Below the pieces are notes generated by a model. It ran no database searches. It saw only the letters and a list, made by a program, of their open reading frames with translations, and was not told the origin of the DNA. From NCBI GenBank assembly GCA_017538965.1, contig JAFYHU010000053.1:4210-68209 (forward strand): a stretch of 64,000 nt of DNA, read 5' to 3'. Position 1 is the first letter of the stretch. Each line of letters starts with the position of its first letter. Below are positions 44,153-53,786 of this stretch, piece after piece. The translations under genes and the position numbers were made by a program. The DNA is from Oscillospiraceae bacterium (GTDB lineage: Bacteria > Bacillota > Clostridia > Oscillospirales > Oscillospiraceae).

Positions 44153-44424
44153 AGCTCCTGCAATTGCGCGGGAAACAACGGAATTCCTCGCACCAAACTC
44201 CTGCGCCGCGCTGGCTCCTCGCAAGCTTCAGATCATTCGCTTCCCTCAGGCGTGAGGAAAGCTTATTCCCTCCGCTGCTCGTCGCTTTCCGATGAAAACC
44301 CGCTTCGCTGGGCTTTCCATCGGAGAAACGAAACAGTTTATCTAATATCTTCTTAGCGGCAGCAACCGGTTGGTCAGGGGCATCCCCTTTCTATGGCCGC
44401 GCACGGCAGGACCTGATTGGGAGC
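44153..44424 (-). repeat. unclassified structured intergenic element, copy 2 (inverted relative to copy 1)
   Basis: Its reverse complement aligns with 23451-23703. It has an extra ~15-nt insertion and several small indels. Wobble pairs in both conserved hairpins favour the minus strand as the RNA strand here. Confidence 0.7.
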
Positions 44425-44463
44425 ATGGAAATAAACATCAAGTCAAGTATTGGAGAGTAAACC

Positions 44464-45963
44464 ATGTTGGAACGTTCAAGCGGTGTATTGATGGCAATGT
44501 CATCTTTGCCGTCCCCCTACGGGATCGGCACCATGGGTAAAGAAGCCCGGAACTTTATTGATTTTCTCGCTGCGGCCGGCCAGAAGTTCTGGCAGCTGCT
44601 GCCCCTGGGGCCGACCAGCTACGGCGACAGCCCCTATTCCTCGTTCTCGAGCTTTTCGGGCAACCCCTATCTGATCGACCTGAGCCTGCTGGTGGAGGAA
44701 GGGCTCCTGAAGGAGGGCGAGCCGGAAGCCTTTGACTGGGGAGATAACCCCGTCGAGGCGGATTACGGAAAACTGTTTGAAGGCCGCTTTACCCTGCTGA
44801 GAAAGGCCTTTATACGCGGCCGCGAGAAGCTGGCCGGGGAGGCGCAGGCTTTCTACCGGGAGAACGAGCGCTGGCTTTCAAACTACGCCCTCTATATGGC
44901 CGTGAAGGTGCACTTCGGCATGATGAGCTGGACCGAATGGCCGGACGAGGACATCCGGATGCATCGGGACTCTGCCGTGCGGGCTTATACCGAAAAGCTG
45001 AAGGACGAGATTGAGTTCTACAGCTTTGTCCAGTTCCTGTTCTTCCGCCAGTGGAAGGCGATGAGGGCCTATGCCGAGGAGAAGGGCATCCGCCTGATCG
45101 GCGACATCCCGATCTATGTCGCGATGGACTCGGCGGATGTGTGGTGCGAGCCGCAGTTTTTCCAGCTGGATGAGAAACACGTCCCGAAAGAGGTGGCCGG
45201 CGTTCCGCCCGATGCCTTTACCGCGGATGGCCAGCTCTGGGGCAATCCGCTGTATGACTGGGATCGGATGAAGGCGGACGGCTACGGCTGGTGGATCCGG
45301 CGCATCGAGGGAGCGACCCGTCTCTATGACGTGCTGCGCATCGACCACTTCCGCGGTCTGGACAGCTACTGGGCCGTGCCCTACGGCGACGCCACCGCGA
45401 AAAACGGAAAATGGCGCCCGGGACCCGGCATGTCGCTGGTGGGCGTACTGACGAGCTGGTTCCATGACACCGAGTTCATCGCCGAAGACCTCGGCTATCT
45501 GACCCCGTCGGTCAGAAAGCTGCTCAAGGATTCGGGGCTTCCCGGCATGAAGGTCATGGAATTCGCCTTTGACGCGCACGGCGAATCGGATTACCTGCCG
45601 CACCGCTGCAATGAGAACAGCGTCTGCTATCTGGGCACCCACGACAACGACACGGTGCTCGGCTGGCTGGAGACGACCGGGAAGGAAGACAGGGACTTCG
45701 CCAGACGCTACATGCACATCACCGCCGGCGAAGGCTGGTGCTGGGGCATGATCCGCACAGGCATGGCGACGCCGTCGGTGCTGTTCGTAGTGCAGATGCA
45801 GGATCTGCTGGAGCTGGACGGAAAAGCCCGGATGAACAAGCCCGGGACCGACAGCGGAAACTGGAAGTGGCGCATGCTTCCGGGCGCAGCGGATGAAAAG
45901 CTGGCGCAGAAGCTGCGGCTCTACACCGAGACCTTCCGCCGCACCTGGCCCGAAGAAGAATAA
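44464..45963 (+). CDS. malQ: 4-alpha-glucanotransferase (amylomaltase, GH77)
   Basis: RSSGVLMAMSSLPSPYGIGTMGKEARNFIDFL..GQKFWQLLPLGPTSYGDSPYSSFS, and later LRIDHFRGL and LGTHDNDT. Confidence 0.9.
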   Translation: MLERSSGVLMAMSSLPSPYGIGTMGKEARNFIDFLAAAGQKFWQLLPLGPTSYGDSPYSSFSSFSGNPYLIDLSLLVEEGLLKEGEPEAFDWGDNPVEADYGKLFEGRFTLLRKAFIRGREKLAGEAQAFYRENERWLSNYALYMAVKVHFGMMSWTEWPDEDIRMHRDSAVRAYTEKLKDEIEFYSFVQFLFFRQWKAMRAYAEEKGIRLIGDIPIYVAMDSADVWCEPQFFQLDEKHVPKEVAGVPPDAFTADGQLWGNPLYDWDRMKADGYGWWIRRIEGATRLYDVLRIDHFRGLDSYWAVPYGDATAKNGKWRPGPGMSLVGVLTSWFHDTEFIAEDLGYLTPSVRKLLKDSGLPGMKVMEFAFDAHGESDYLPHRCNENSVCYLGTHDNDTVLGWLETTGKEDRDFARRYMHITAGEGWCWGMIRTGMATPSVLFVVQMQDLLELDGKARMNKPGTDSGNWKWRMLPGAADEKLAQKLRLYTETFRRTWPEEE

Positions 45964-45975
45964 AAAGCAGGATGC

Positions 45976-46007
45976 AAAATCCCCCCGCCTCCGGCGGGGG
46001 GATTTTG
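45976..46007. terminator. bidirectional rho-independent terminator between convergent genes
   Basis: aaaat-ccccccgcc-tccg-gcgggggg-atttt. Confidence 0.7.
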
Positions 46008-46011
46008 TATC

Positions 46012-47793
46012 CTATTTCATATATCCATATTGCCTGTAAACCCAGATGTCGGCCTGGAACATGTTCAGCACGCCGTAACTGCGGTATTCGTATTCCGGAT
46101 CGAACAGCCAGTTCTTGCCGTCGATCTCGATCTCCACCCAGCCGTGGGGCGTATAGCCCTGGGGGGCGACGATGCGGATGCCGTCGTCGTCGTAATAGTC
46201 GTACTGTTCCCCGTAGGCCCAGCCGGCGTAAACGCGGGCATCATAGCCGACAAAGCGCGCCAGCTCGTAAAACAGAGAGGCGAAGCAGTAACAGTTTCCG
46301 GCCCCGTTGCGCAGCATGCGCTTGGCTTCCCGGATCTCCCAGCCCTTCGCGCCGCGTTCGTACATGTTGCTGTAGGAATACTCGAAATTGTCCACGACAT
46401 AGTCGTAGACGGCCTTCAGCATTTCCTCGCGGCTCATGGTCCCGGGATCGATCGTCTCCTCCAGAATGGCGTAGAGCGAACGGTCCAGCTCCTCATCGCC
46501 GCTGGTGATCTCGCCGTTGCGGTTAAAGTCCAGCCCGCCGATGCTGCAGTTGACGGCGGGGACGTAATTGTCGTCGACATAGTGCAGACGCACCCCCGCG
46601 AAGAAGAAACCGGGCTCGTGCATGGGCAGGGGCTCGCTCGAGACCCACCGCTCGACACCGGTTTTTTTGTCTGTCCGGTACCGGTGAGGAATGACGGCCT
46701 CCGCCACATCGTTGTACCACTGGCTGGTGGGCGGGACATCCAGAATGGTGCCGACTTCGTCGAGATCGGGATGCTGGGTGTTCTGGCGGCCGAGAACCCG
46801 GTTCATGACCCGGGCGAGTTCTCCGCGGCAGACCGCGGCCGTCGGGGCGGCCCGTACCAGAATGCCGTCGGAAATCCAGCCGTTGGCGACGGCGGTGCAG
46901 TAGTAGGGATAGAGCGCGTCCTCTTCCGTCAGGTCCTGGAAAACCGCGGTTCCGTCGGAAGCGGGGAAGAAGGAACAGAGCATGCGGATCATCTCGCCGC
47001 GGGTCAGTTCGGTGTCGGGATGCAGCTGAGAACCGGAGAGCACCCCCAGATCCTTGAGCAGAGCGGCGGCGTCATGGCACGCGTCGTCCTCCGGGACATC
47101 CAGGAATTCTCCCCTGCCCTTCAGATCGGTGTCCAGCAGGGTGTGGAGAATGCAGACGAACTCCCTCCGGCTCACCGGGCTTTCGGCATAGACGATGCCG
47201 TCTGCGTCGGCCTGCAGATAGGGAATGTGCTTCCCGGTCTCGAAATGCAGGGCATAGCGGCCGCGGAACTCGCGGTTGCCGTAAACCGGGAAGGACGCGC
47301 GGGTTTCCAGCATCCCGTCCTCTGTCTCCCAGCCGAGGAAGGTGAGCCCTCTGGGCGAGACCGGCGCGTGCAGAGAGACGGTGTCGCCGTAGACGACCTC
47401 TTCCACGATGTCCTCCTGCCCGGGGACCAGATAGCGGACCTCCATCAGGGCGGCGTTTTCCTGCTCCTGCAGACGGGAGCGTTCCGCCTCCAGCGTCTGC
47501 TTCAGCGTCAGACTCCGCATCAGAACCAGCAGCACCGCCAGCAGCAGGGCCAGCAGCCCGAAAATGAGCAGCCGGCGAAGGGCGCGGTTCTGCTTCTTCG
47601 AAGCGGCCGGACCCTCGGGCAGCTCCGCTGCTTCAGGCGCCTCCGGTACGGAAACCGCGGCAGCGGCCGGTTTGCCCTCGGACTTCGGCGGGCGGGCCGG
47701 ATGCTTCGGCGGGTGTGCCGGCGTCAGGCGGTTTCTGAGCGCGCGCGCCTGCCTGTCCCGGTGGGCGGCGGACTCAGTCGGCAGCTTCGACAT
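46012..47793 (-). CDS. membrane-anchored SLH-domain / transglutaminase-like protein
   Basis: Start trimmed to ATG 47793 (MSKLPTES..). Basic Pro-rich N-terminus plus a TM helix. SLH-like segments FLDVPEDDACHDAAALLKDLGVLSG...TRGEMIRML. Transglutaminase core GAGNCYCFASLFYELARFVGY...HGWVEIEIDGKNWLFDPE. Confidence 0.75.
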   Translation of the reverse strand: MSKLPTESAAHRDRQARALRNRLTPAHPPKHPARPPKSEGKPAAAAVSVPEAPEAAELPEGPAASKKQNRALRRLLIFGLLALLLAVLLVLMRSLTLKQTLEAERSRLQEQENAALMEVRYLVPGQEDIVEEVVYGDTVSLHAPVSPRGLTFLGWETEDGMLETRASFPVYGNREFRGRYALHFETGKHIPYLQADADGIVYAESPVSRREFVCILHTLLDTDLKGRGEFLDVPEDDACHDAAALLKDLGVLSGSQLHPDTELTRGEMIRMLCSFFPASDGTAVFQDLTEEDALYPYYCTAVANGWISDGILVRAAPTAAVCRGELARVMNRVLGRQNTQHPDLDEVGTILDVPPTSQWYNDVAEAVIPHRYRTDKKTGVERWVSSEPLPMHEPGFFFAGVRLHYVDDNYVPAVNCSIGGLDFNRNGEITSGDEELDRSLYAILEETIDPGTMSREEMLKAVYDYVVDNFEYSYSNMYERGAKGWEIREAKRMLRNGAGNCYCFASLFYELARFVGYDARVYAGWAYGEQYDYYDDDGIRIVAPQGYTPHGWVEIEIDGKNWLFDPEYEYRSYGVLNMFQADIWVYRQYGYMK

Positions 47794-48199
47794 AGGTGAC
47801 GGTCTCGGCGCTGCCTTCGCGGTAGGTGATGACGGTAAAGCCGTCAAATTTGAGTTCCCCGTCCTGGCCGGAACCCAGACAGCTGGGAACATAGGTGGAC
47901 GAAAGCGGCTCGCCGACGGCGGCGACCAGCTCGGAAAGGTCCTTGCCCTCAAAGCTCTTCATGAGCGCCAGCGCCTCTTCCTCCGGGGTCGGGGCTTCCG
48001 TCACATCCGGCTTCAGCGCCTCGTCCGGCAGGGCGGCCGAAGGAGCCGCGGAAGGCGCCGGTTCGGGAACGGCGGAGACCGCGGGCTCGGGGGAGGGCGC
48101 CGGTTCGGCGGAGGGCGCGGGCGCGGCCGTGCTCCCGCAGCCGATCAGCAGCAGCGCGCAGAGAAGGCAGAGAATGACGGAAATCCATTTTTCTTTCAT
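47774..48199 (-). CDS. small lipoprotein, unknown function
   Basis: MKEKWISVILCLLCALLLIGC has a lipobox and is followed by an Ala/Pro-rich linker. I prefer ATG 48199 (aggaag RBS 9 nt upstream) over GTG 48208. It overlaps the next gene's start by 20 nt. Confidence 0.6.
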   Translation of the reverse strand: MKEKWISVILCLLCALLLIGCGSTAAPAPSAEPAPSPEPAVSAVPEPAPSAAPSAALPDEALKPDVTEAPTPEEEALALMKSFEGKDLSELVAAVGEPLSSTYVPSCLGSGQDGELKFDGFTVITYREGSAETVTYVEAAD

Positions 48200-48326
48200 G
48201 ATAGACACTTCCTAATCCAAAAGAGTGAATCGTTGGTGATTGATAGTTCCGCTGCGGCGGGGACCTCTTCAGTCAGCTTTGCTGACAGCTTCCCCAAAGG
48301 GGAAGCCTAAGAAGAACTGATTATCG

Positions 48327-50075
48327 TTATTCCCAGGTGCGGTAACCGGTCTGCCAGCGGATATCGCCGGAGCGGCGGAACATCATGCGCGCACCGTCCG
48401 AACGGGCGTCGCGCTCGGCGTCGTAGATGAAGGGGATGCCCATGTCGGTGATCTCGACCCAGGCGTGCGGCAGGAAGCCTTTGCGCGCTTCCACGCGGCT
48501 GCCGTCGGGCGATTCGAATTCCGTCTGGGTGCCGTAGATCATGCCGCTGATCAGATCCGGCGAATAGCCGAGGAAGGTGGCCAGCTCATAGAAGGTCGCG
48601 GCATAGGCGTAGGAATTGCCGCAGCCGTTCAGAAGCATCCGCTTTGCCTCCGGAATCTCCCAGCCTTCGGCCCCGAGCGCATAGACCCAGCCTTCCTGCC
48701 AGCTGTAATCCCGCCAGAGCCGGTCGTAAACGGCGCGCAGCATCTCTTCCTGCGTCATGGACCCGGGATCGACGGTCTCCTCGAGATAGGCCCACAGCAG
48801 CCGGTCGAGTTCGTCGTCGCCGCTGGTCATCTCGCCGCTGGCGTTATAACGCTGGCCTTCCACGACGGTGTTAACGGCGGGGACGCCGTTGGGCAGAATC
48901 AGATGCATGCGGACCCCCGCAAAGAACTGCCCCGGCGCATGACGCGGAAGCGGCTCGCTGCGGGTCCAGATCTCGACGCCGTCTTCGCGGACATAGTCGT
49001 GAGGGATCAGCGCCTCGGCGACATCGGCATACCAGGGGTTGGACGGCGGAACGTCCAGAATCATGCCGACGGCGGATGCCTTCGGCAGCTGCTCGAGGCT
49101 GCGGTCGAGGACGCGGTTCAGAATCCGGGCCAGCTCGCCGCGGCAGACCGTGCCGGAAGGATCGGCGTCGATGTCGGGCCCGGCCTCGATCCAGCCGCGG
49201 TCGGCGGCCGTGCGGAAGACCGGGTAGAACTCGTCGTCCGGCTGCAGATCCCGGAAGCTGAGGGAGGCGTCGGATGCGGGGTAGAAGCAGCAGAGCATGC
49301 GCAGCAGCTCATAGCGGGTCAGATTGTCGTCGGGGTAGAGAAAACTGCCCTCCAGAACACCCAGGTCCTTCAGCGTGGCGGCCGCCTTGCGGCAGCTGTC
49401 GTCCTCCGGAACGTCCAGAAACTCGCCGCTTCCCACCAGGTCGATGTCCAGCAGCCGGTAGAGCGTGCTGACCGCCTCGCGCACGGTTACATCGGCATTG
49501 ACGTCCACAACGCCGTCCTCATCCGCAGAGAGATAGGGGAGGTGTTTTTCCGTTTCAAAGGTCAGGGCGTACCGCGCCGTGTAGACCGTATCGTCACAGA
49601 CGGAAAAGCTTTCGCGGTCTTCCGTGCTGCCGTCCGGGCGCGCCCAGCCGAGGAAGGTGTAACCGTCCAGTTCGACGGGGGCGTGCAGCGTGACCGTGCC
49701 TCCGTAGGGAACGGTCTCGACGATGTCTTCCTGCTTCGGCACCAGATAGCGGACCTCACAGGAAACCGGTGCTGTCTTCTCGTCCAGAAGGGCGGAGGTC
49801 TGCCGGACGGAATCCAGATCCCGGGACATTCCGGCCGTATTCCGCAGGATAAGGACAAGCGCGCCCGCCAGCAGAAGGGCGATGATCGCAAGAGCAATCA
49901 GGTCCAGGCGAATCGGCTTTTTCGTTCTTTTCGGCGTCTCCGGCGGAGAAGGAGGCGCCGCTTCCGCTTCGCTGCGGTCGGGACGGAAGCCGGGCTTTGC
50001 CGGCCGGCGCTCCGGACGGGAGCGGGAGTAGCGGGCCTGGGTTTCGAGATGCTGTTTTTTACGGTCTTCCGTCAT
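48327..50075 (-). CDS. membrane-anchored SLH-domain / transglutaminase-like protein (paralog of 46012-47793)
   Basis: Same architecture as its paralog: FLDVPEDDSCRKAAATLKDLGVLEG, GCGNSYAYAATFYELATFLGY and LPHAWVEITDMGIPFIYDAE. ATGA overlap with the upstream gene. Confidence 0.75.
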   Translation of the reverse strand: MTEDRKKQHLETQARYSRSRPERRPAKPGFRPDRSEAEAAPPSPPETPKRTKKPIRLDLIALAIIALLLAGALVLILRNTAGMSRDLDSVRQTSALLDEKTAPVSCEVRYLVPKQEDIVETVPYGGTVTLHAPVELDGYTFLGWARPDGSTEDRESFSVCDDTVYTARYALTFETEKHLPYLSADEDGVVDVNADVTVREAVSTLYRLLDIDLVGSGEFLDVPEDDSCRKAAATLKDLGVLEGSFLYPDDNLTRYELLRMLCCFYPASDASLSFRDLQPDDEFYPVFRTAADRGWIEAGPDIDADPSGTVCRGELARILNRVLDRSLEQLPKASAVGMILDVPPSNPWYADVAEALIPHDYVREDGVEIWTRSEPLPRHAPGQFFAGVRMHLILPNGVPAVNTVVEGQRYNASGEMTSGDDELDRLLWAYLEETVDPGSMTQEEMLRAVYDRLWRDYSWQEGWVYALGAEGWEIPEAKRMLLNGCGNSYAYAATFYELATFLGYSPDLISGMIYGTQTEFESPDGSRVEARKGFLPHAWVEITDMGIPFIYDAERDARSDGARMMFRRSGDIRWQTGYRTWE

Positions 50076-51133
50076 GCCGTCCCTCCGTCCGGAAGCAGTG
50101 AGGAAAGATTTCTTTCCACGATCTCGAGAATGACTACGTCCGCCGAAAGCGCCGAGAAGGCCTCGGGGGAATAGTCCGCCGATCGCGAGAAAACGGCCTC
50201 GGCGAAGGCCTCGGCCAGATAGGGATAGAGCGCGATGCCGAAGGAGTCGCGCAGACAGTAAAGGCTGCCCTGCCCGTCCGCGGAAGAAGTGCGGATCGTG
50301 ATGGCGTTGCCGCCGCGCGGGTCGGATGCCGTCTCATAGTTCAGCCCGGGGGCATAGACAAGCTCGGTCTCGCGGCCTTTTCCGAGAGGGTACAGCATCT
50401 GATACAGATCGCCGACATGCATGCCCTCTTCCCGGAAGGGGCCGTCGCCGTAACGGTTCTCGCGGCCCAGCGCCTGCAGCAGCGTGTCCGCCGCGAGCGC
50501 CGCGCCTTCGGCGGTCCAGTGTGAGTCGGTTTTATAATAAAGCGTGGGATCGTCCGCGAGCACGGCCTGCAGGTCGACGTAGGGGACGCCCTCCGCCTGC
50601 AGCAGCGGCACCAGCTGAGCGAGATTCGAATGATCGTGTCCCGCCGGGAAGCGATCCGGCATGCCGCCGGGGATCAGCGTGTTCTTGTTCGGCGCGACCG
50701 TGAACAGGAAGCGGCCGCCGTTTTCCTCGACGGCATTCTCAATGGCTTTGAGATTCGCGGCGATGGCGGCAAGCTCGCTCTCCGACAGGGAGACGCCGCA
50801 GTAGTCGTCCAGCGTCGAGGTATAATAAAACTGACCGTCCCGCCCGAGCAGAACCTGTTCTTCGGCGGAGCTGTGAAACAGCTTTTCAAACAGAAACGAG
50901 CGCGCCGAAACCAGCGCCGGCCGCAGGGCAAAGCGGGTGCCGACATAGTCGGTGATCTCATTCAGGACGTTTTCGTTCAGACTGCCGTCCGGGGCAGTGA
51001 GCGACGGCGTGCGCGGCGCGATCTCGTTCGCCAGCAGCGGCGAGGGACCGGTCAGCAGCATGCCGACGGAGGGGATCAGGCACAGCAGCAGAAAGATGCC
51101 GGCCATCCAGACGGAAAGATGTTGTTTCTTCAT
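50072..51133 (-). CDS. AlgJ/AlgX-like (DHHW-family-like) O-acylation accessory protein
   Basis: N-terminal TM anchor. The YYKTDSHWT motif is the DSHW/DHHW type. Positioned directly after an MBOAT gene. Confidence 0.7.
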   Translation of the reverse strand: MKKQHLSVWMAGIFLLLCLIPSVGMLLTGPSPLLANEIAPRTPSLTAPDGSLNENVLNEITDYVGTRFALRPALVSARSFLFEKLFHSSAEEQVLLGRDGQFYYTSTLDDYCGVSLSESELAAIAANLKAIENAVEENGGRFLFTVAPNKNTLIPGGMPDRFPAGHDHSNLAQLVPLLQAEGVPYVDLQAVLADDPTLYYKTDSHWTAEGAALAADTLLQALGRENRYGDGPFREEGMHVGDLYQMLYPLGKGRETELVYAPGLNYETASDPRGGNAITIRTSSADGQGSLYCLRDSFGIALYPYLAEAFAEAVFSRSADYSPEAFSALSADVVILEIVERNLSSLLPDGGTA

Positions 51134-51137
51134 GGCA

Positions 51138-52544
51138 TCAGAACTGGAAATAGATAAAAGGATGGAAACCGCTCTGTGCCAGCGACATCACGCTGAGCAC
51201 CAGCAGCAGCAGACAGCAGAGATCCGGCAGAAGCTCCTTTTCGCGCTCCTCCGTCAGGAAGGCGTGAAGACGACTGCCCAGCGGACCCAGCGCCAGCACG
51301 AGCGCCGGACAGAGAACCGCGGCAAGGGCCGGGGCGGAGAGCTTCGCCAGCAGAAGCGTCCCTTCGGGGAGCGCCCGGAAACAGAACATCGCCGCGATCA
51401 TCCGAAAGCCCTGCGCGACCGTGTCGGCCCGGAAGAGCGTGAAGAGCAGCATGACCGAAAGCAGGGTATAGACGCGGCAGAGAAGCCGGCCGGGTGCGCT
51501 CTTCTGCAGACGCTCCACGGGAAGAATGCCGCTGCCCTCGAGACTGGACAGCAGCCCGTGGCCGAGGCCCCAGAGGACAAAGGTCCAGTTGGCGCCGTGC
51601 CAGAGACCGGTGCAGAAGAAGACGATCAGCCGGTTCAGCGCCGCGCGGGCGCGGCTGCAGCGGCTGCCGCCAAGCGGAATGTAGAGATACTCGCGAAACC
51701 AGGTGGACAGCGAGATATGCCACTTCCGCCAGAAGTCGCGGATGGAGACGGCCGTATAGGGGAAGAGAAAGTTTTCCCGGATCGAGAAGCCGAACATTTT
51801 CCCCATGCCGATCGCCATATCGCTGTAGCCGGAGAAATCGAAATAGATCTGCAGACTGTAGCAGATGCCGCCCAGCCAGGCAAGGCGGGCGTCCGGCACG
51901 GCGGCGGAGAAAACCGCGTCCGCCACGACGGCGGCCGTATCGGCCAGCAGGAGCTTCTTGCCGAGACCGACGAGAAAGCGGCGGATGCCGGCCGAGGTCT
52001 TTTCGGGCGTGCAGACGCGTTCGTCGATCTGCCGGGAGATGTCGCCCCAGCGGACGATGGGGCCCGCGATCAGCTGCGGGAAGAACGAAATGTAGAGCAG
52101 CAGCTTCAGAAAGCTCCGGCTGTGCTCCTCGGGCTTCCGGTAGACGTCGATCGTATAGCTGAGCCCCTGAAAGGTATAAAAGGAAATGCCGATCGGCAGG
52201 ATCAGCCCGACGGGCTTGAGCGTAAGGCCGAAGAGGACGTTGACGTTGCCGATCAGAAAATCCGTATACTTGAAGACGCAGAGAATGCCGAGATTCAGCA
52301 GAATGTTCAGCGCAATGAGCGGTTTCGAATGCTGCAGACGGCCGCCGAGCAGCAGCCCCGTGACATAGTTGAGCAGGACGGAGAGCAGAAACAGCGGAAC
52401 ATAGTGCAGGTTCCCGAAAGCATAGAACACGAGGCTGGCGCAGGCCAGCAGCGCGTTCTCCCAGCGCCGCCCGAAGGGCAGGCGGGAAAGCAGAAAAACC
52501 GCAGGGAGAAAGCAGAACAGAAAAATGGCAGAACTGAATACCAA
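51138..52544 (-). CDS. MBOAT family O-acyltransferase (AlgI/DltB-like)
   Basis: MVFSSAIFLFCFLPAVFLLS..., YSLQIYFDFSGYSDMAIG, NFL.PY...SIRDFWRKWHISLSTWFREYLYIPLGG and WHGANW are hallmark MBOAT motifs. Confidence 0.85.
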   Translation of the reverse strand: MVFSSAIFLFCFLPAVFLLSRLPFGRRWENALLACASLVFYAFGNLHYVPLFLLSVLLNYVTGLLLGGRLQHSKPLIALNILLNLGILCVFKYTDFLIGNVNVLFGLTLKPVGLILPIGISFYTFQGLSYTIDVYRKPEEHSRSFLKLLLYISFFPQLIAGPIVRWGDISRQIDERVCTPEKTSAGIRRFLVGLGKKLLLADTAAVVADAVFSAAVPDARLAWLGGICYSLQIYFDFSGYSDMAIGMGKMFGFSIRENFLFPYTAVSIRDFWRKWHISLSTWFREYLYIPLGGSRCSRARAALNRLIVFFCTGLWHGANWTFVLWGLGHGLLSSLEGSGILPVERLQKSAPGRLLCRVYTLLSVMLLFTLFRADTVAQGFRMIAAMFCFRALPEGTLLLAKLSAPALAAVLCPALVLALGPLGSRLHAFLTEEREKELLPDLCCLLLLVLSVMSLAQSGFHPFIYFQF

Positions 52545-52683
52545 ACCGCTTCCTCCTTACCGCGTCAGAATCAAACGACAACAAATTATTATAGCATTTT
52601 CCCCGCCGTTTGACAACTGATTTCCCTGCACCGTGATTCTCCGCGCAAATGCGGTCCGCTTCGAACGGGAGGCCCGTCCGCTC

Positions 52684-53367
52684 TTACTTCATCGTGTTCC
52701 TCAGCGTTCCGATTCCTTCGATTTCGATCTCGACGACATCTCCCGGCTTCAGCCAGTGCAGATCGTCCTTGAATTCGAGTGCGGTGCCGCTGGGCGTCCC
52801 GGTGAAAATCAGGTCGCCTGGCTCCAGCCGGACATATTTCGACACATAGCTGACGATCTCGGCGCAGTCAAAGATCAGATCCGCGCTGCTGCCGTCCTGG
52901 CGGAGCTCGCCGTTGACGTAGCTGCGGACAAAGTGCGGCCGCGAGAGGTCGAAGTCCTCTCTGGGGACAATGACCGGGCCGACCGGGGCAAAGCCGGGCA
53001 TGGTCTTGCCGATCAGCCACTGGCCGCTGCGCATCTGGCTGTCCCGGCAGCTCAGATCGTTGCCGCAGGTGAAGCCGCAGACGCAGTCCATTGCCTCGTC
53101 CGCCGGGACGCCCCAGGCGGTTTTGCCCATGACGATGACGAGCTCTGCCTCATAGTCGTAGCTGTGCTCCCAGGGCGGGAGCTCCACCGCGTCGCCGTCG
53201 AAGGCGAGCGCATTGGAAAACTTGCAGAAAATTGCCGGTGCCTGCGGGATCGGGAAGCCGGCATGCTCGGCATGGCTGCGATAGTTCAGCCCCACGCATA
53301 CGACCTTGGACTTCTCGCTGACCAGCGGAGAGAGGCTTTTCCCCTTCGGATTCTTCTGTTCCATCAT
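52684..53367 (-). CDS. fumarylacetoacetate hydrolase (FAH) family protein
   Basis: KVVCVGLNYRSHAEH, YEAELVIVMGK, GFTCGNDLSCRD and GDLIFTGTPSG are typical FAH-family blocks. Confidence 0.85.
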   Translation of the reverse strand: MMEQKNPKGKSLSPLVSEKSKVVCVGLNYRSHAEHAGFPIPQAPAIFCKFSNALAFDGDAVELPPWEHSYDYEAELVIVMGKTAWGVPADEAMDCVCGFTCGNDLSCRDSQMRSGQWLIGKTMPGFAPVGPVIVPREDFDLSRPHFVRSYVNGELRQDGSSADLIFDCAEIVSYVSKYVRLEPGDLIFTGTPSGTALEFKDDLHWLKPGDVVEIEIEGIGTLRNTMK

Positions 53368-53456
53368 GATTCCCCCTGAACGGATTTTTTACCGGGTTCA
53401 TCCTATCATATCCGCCCGTCGGACACAAGGGGAAACAGAGGAATTGCGGCTTTTGC

Positions 53457-53485
53457 TTGACACTTTCCCCGGAAAATGGTACATT
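53457..53485 (+). promoter_or_regulatory. candidate promoter of tRNA-Leu
   Basis: TTGACA (53457-53462), a 17-nt spacer, then TACATT (53480-53485), about 25 nt before the tRNA 5' end. Confidence 0.45.
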
Positions 53486-53509
53486 GACAGCGTTCCTCTC
53501 CGACCTCAT

Positions 53510-53595
53510 GCCGGCGTGGTGGAATGGTAGACACCAGGGACTTAAAATCCCTTGCAGGCAACTGCGTACCCGTTCGAGTCGGGCCGCCGGCACCA
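53510..53595 (+). tRNA. tRNA-Leu (anticodon UAA), CCA encoded
   Basis: Hand fold. Acceptor gccggcg/cgccggc. A 3-bp D stem with gaatggtaga loop. Anticodon stem aggga/tccct with loop cTTAAaa. Long variable arm tgcag-gcaa-ctgcg. T loop ttcgagt. Discriminator a followed by cca. Confidence 0.85.
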
Positions 53596-53741
53596 TAACA
53601 AACAGATCCGAACCGTATCTTCCGGGCTGAAGACAGGTTCGGATCTGTTTTTCTTCGGGCAATCTCCTTTTCCATCTGGTCGGAAGCCGAAAAAGTTGAA
53701 GAAACAAGAAAGTTTTTCAAAGTAAACTGGAAAAACTGTTG
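53593..53741 (+). repeat. direct repeat copy A (terminator hairpin plus promoter-leader module), immediately 3' of tRNA-Leu
   Basis: It differs from 55015-55164 by 7 substitutions and one 1-nt indel in my hand alignment. It contains a perfect 12-bp terminator stem cagatccgaacc/ggttcggatctg plus a T-tract. Confidence 0.85.
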
Positions 53742-53786
53742 ATTTCGACAAAGTTTTTTGGTAGTATGAGGATGGGAGGTGGGACA

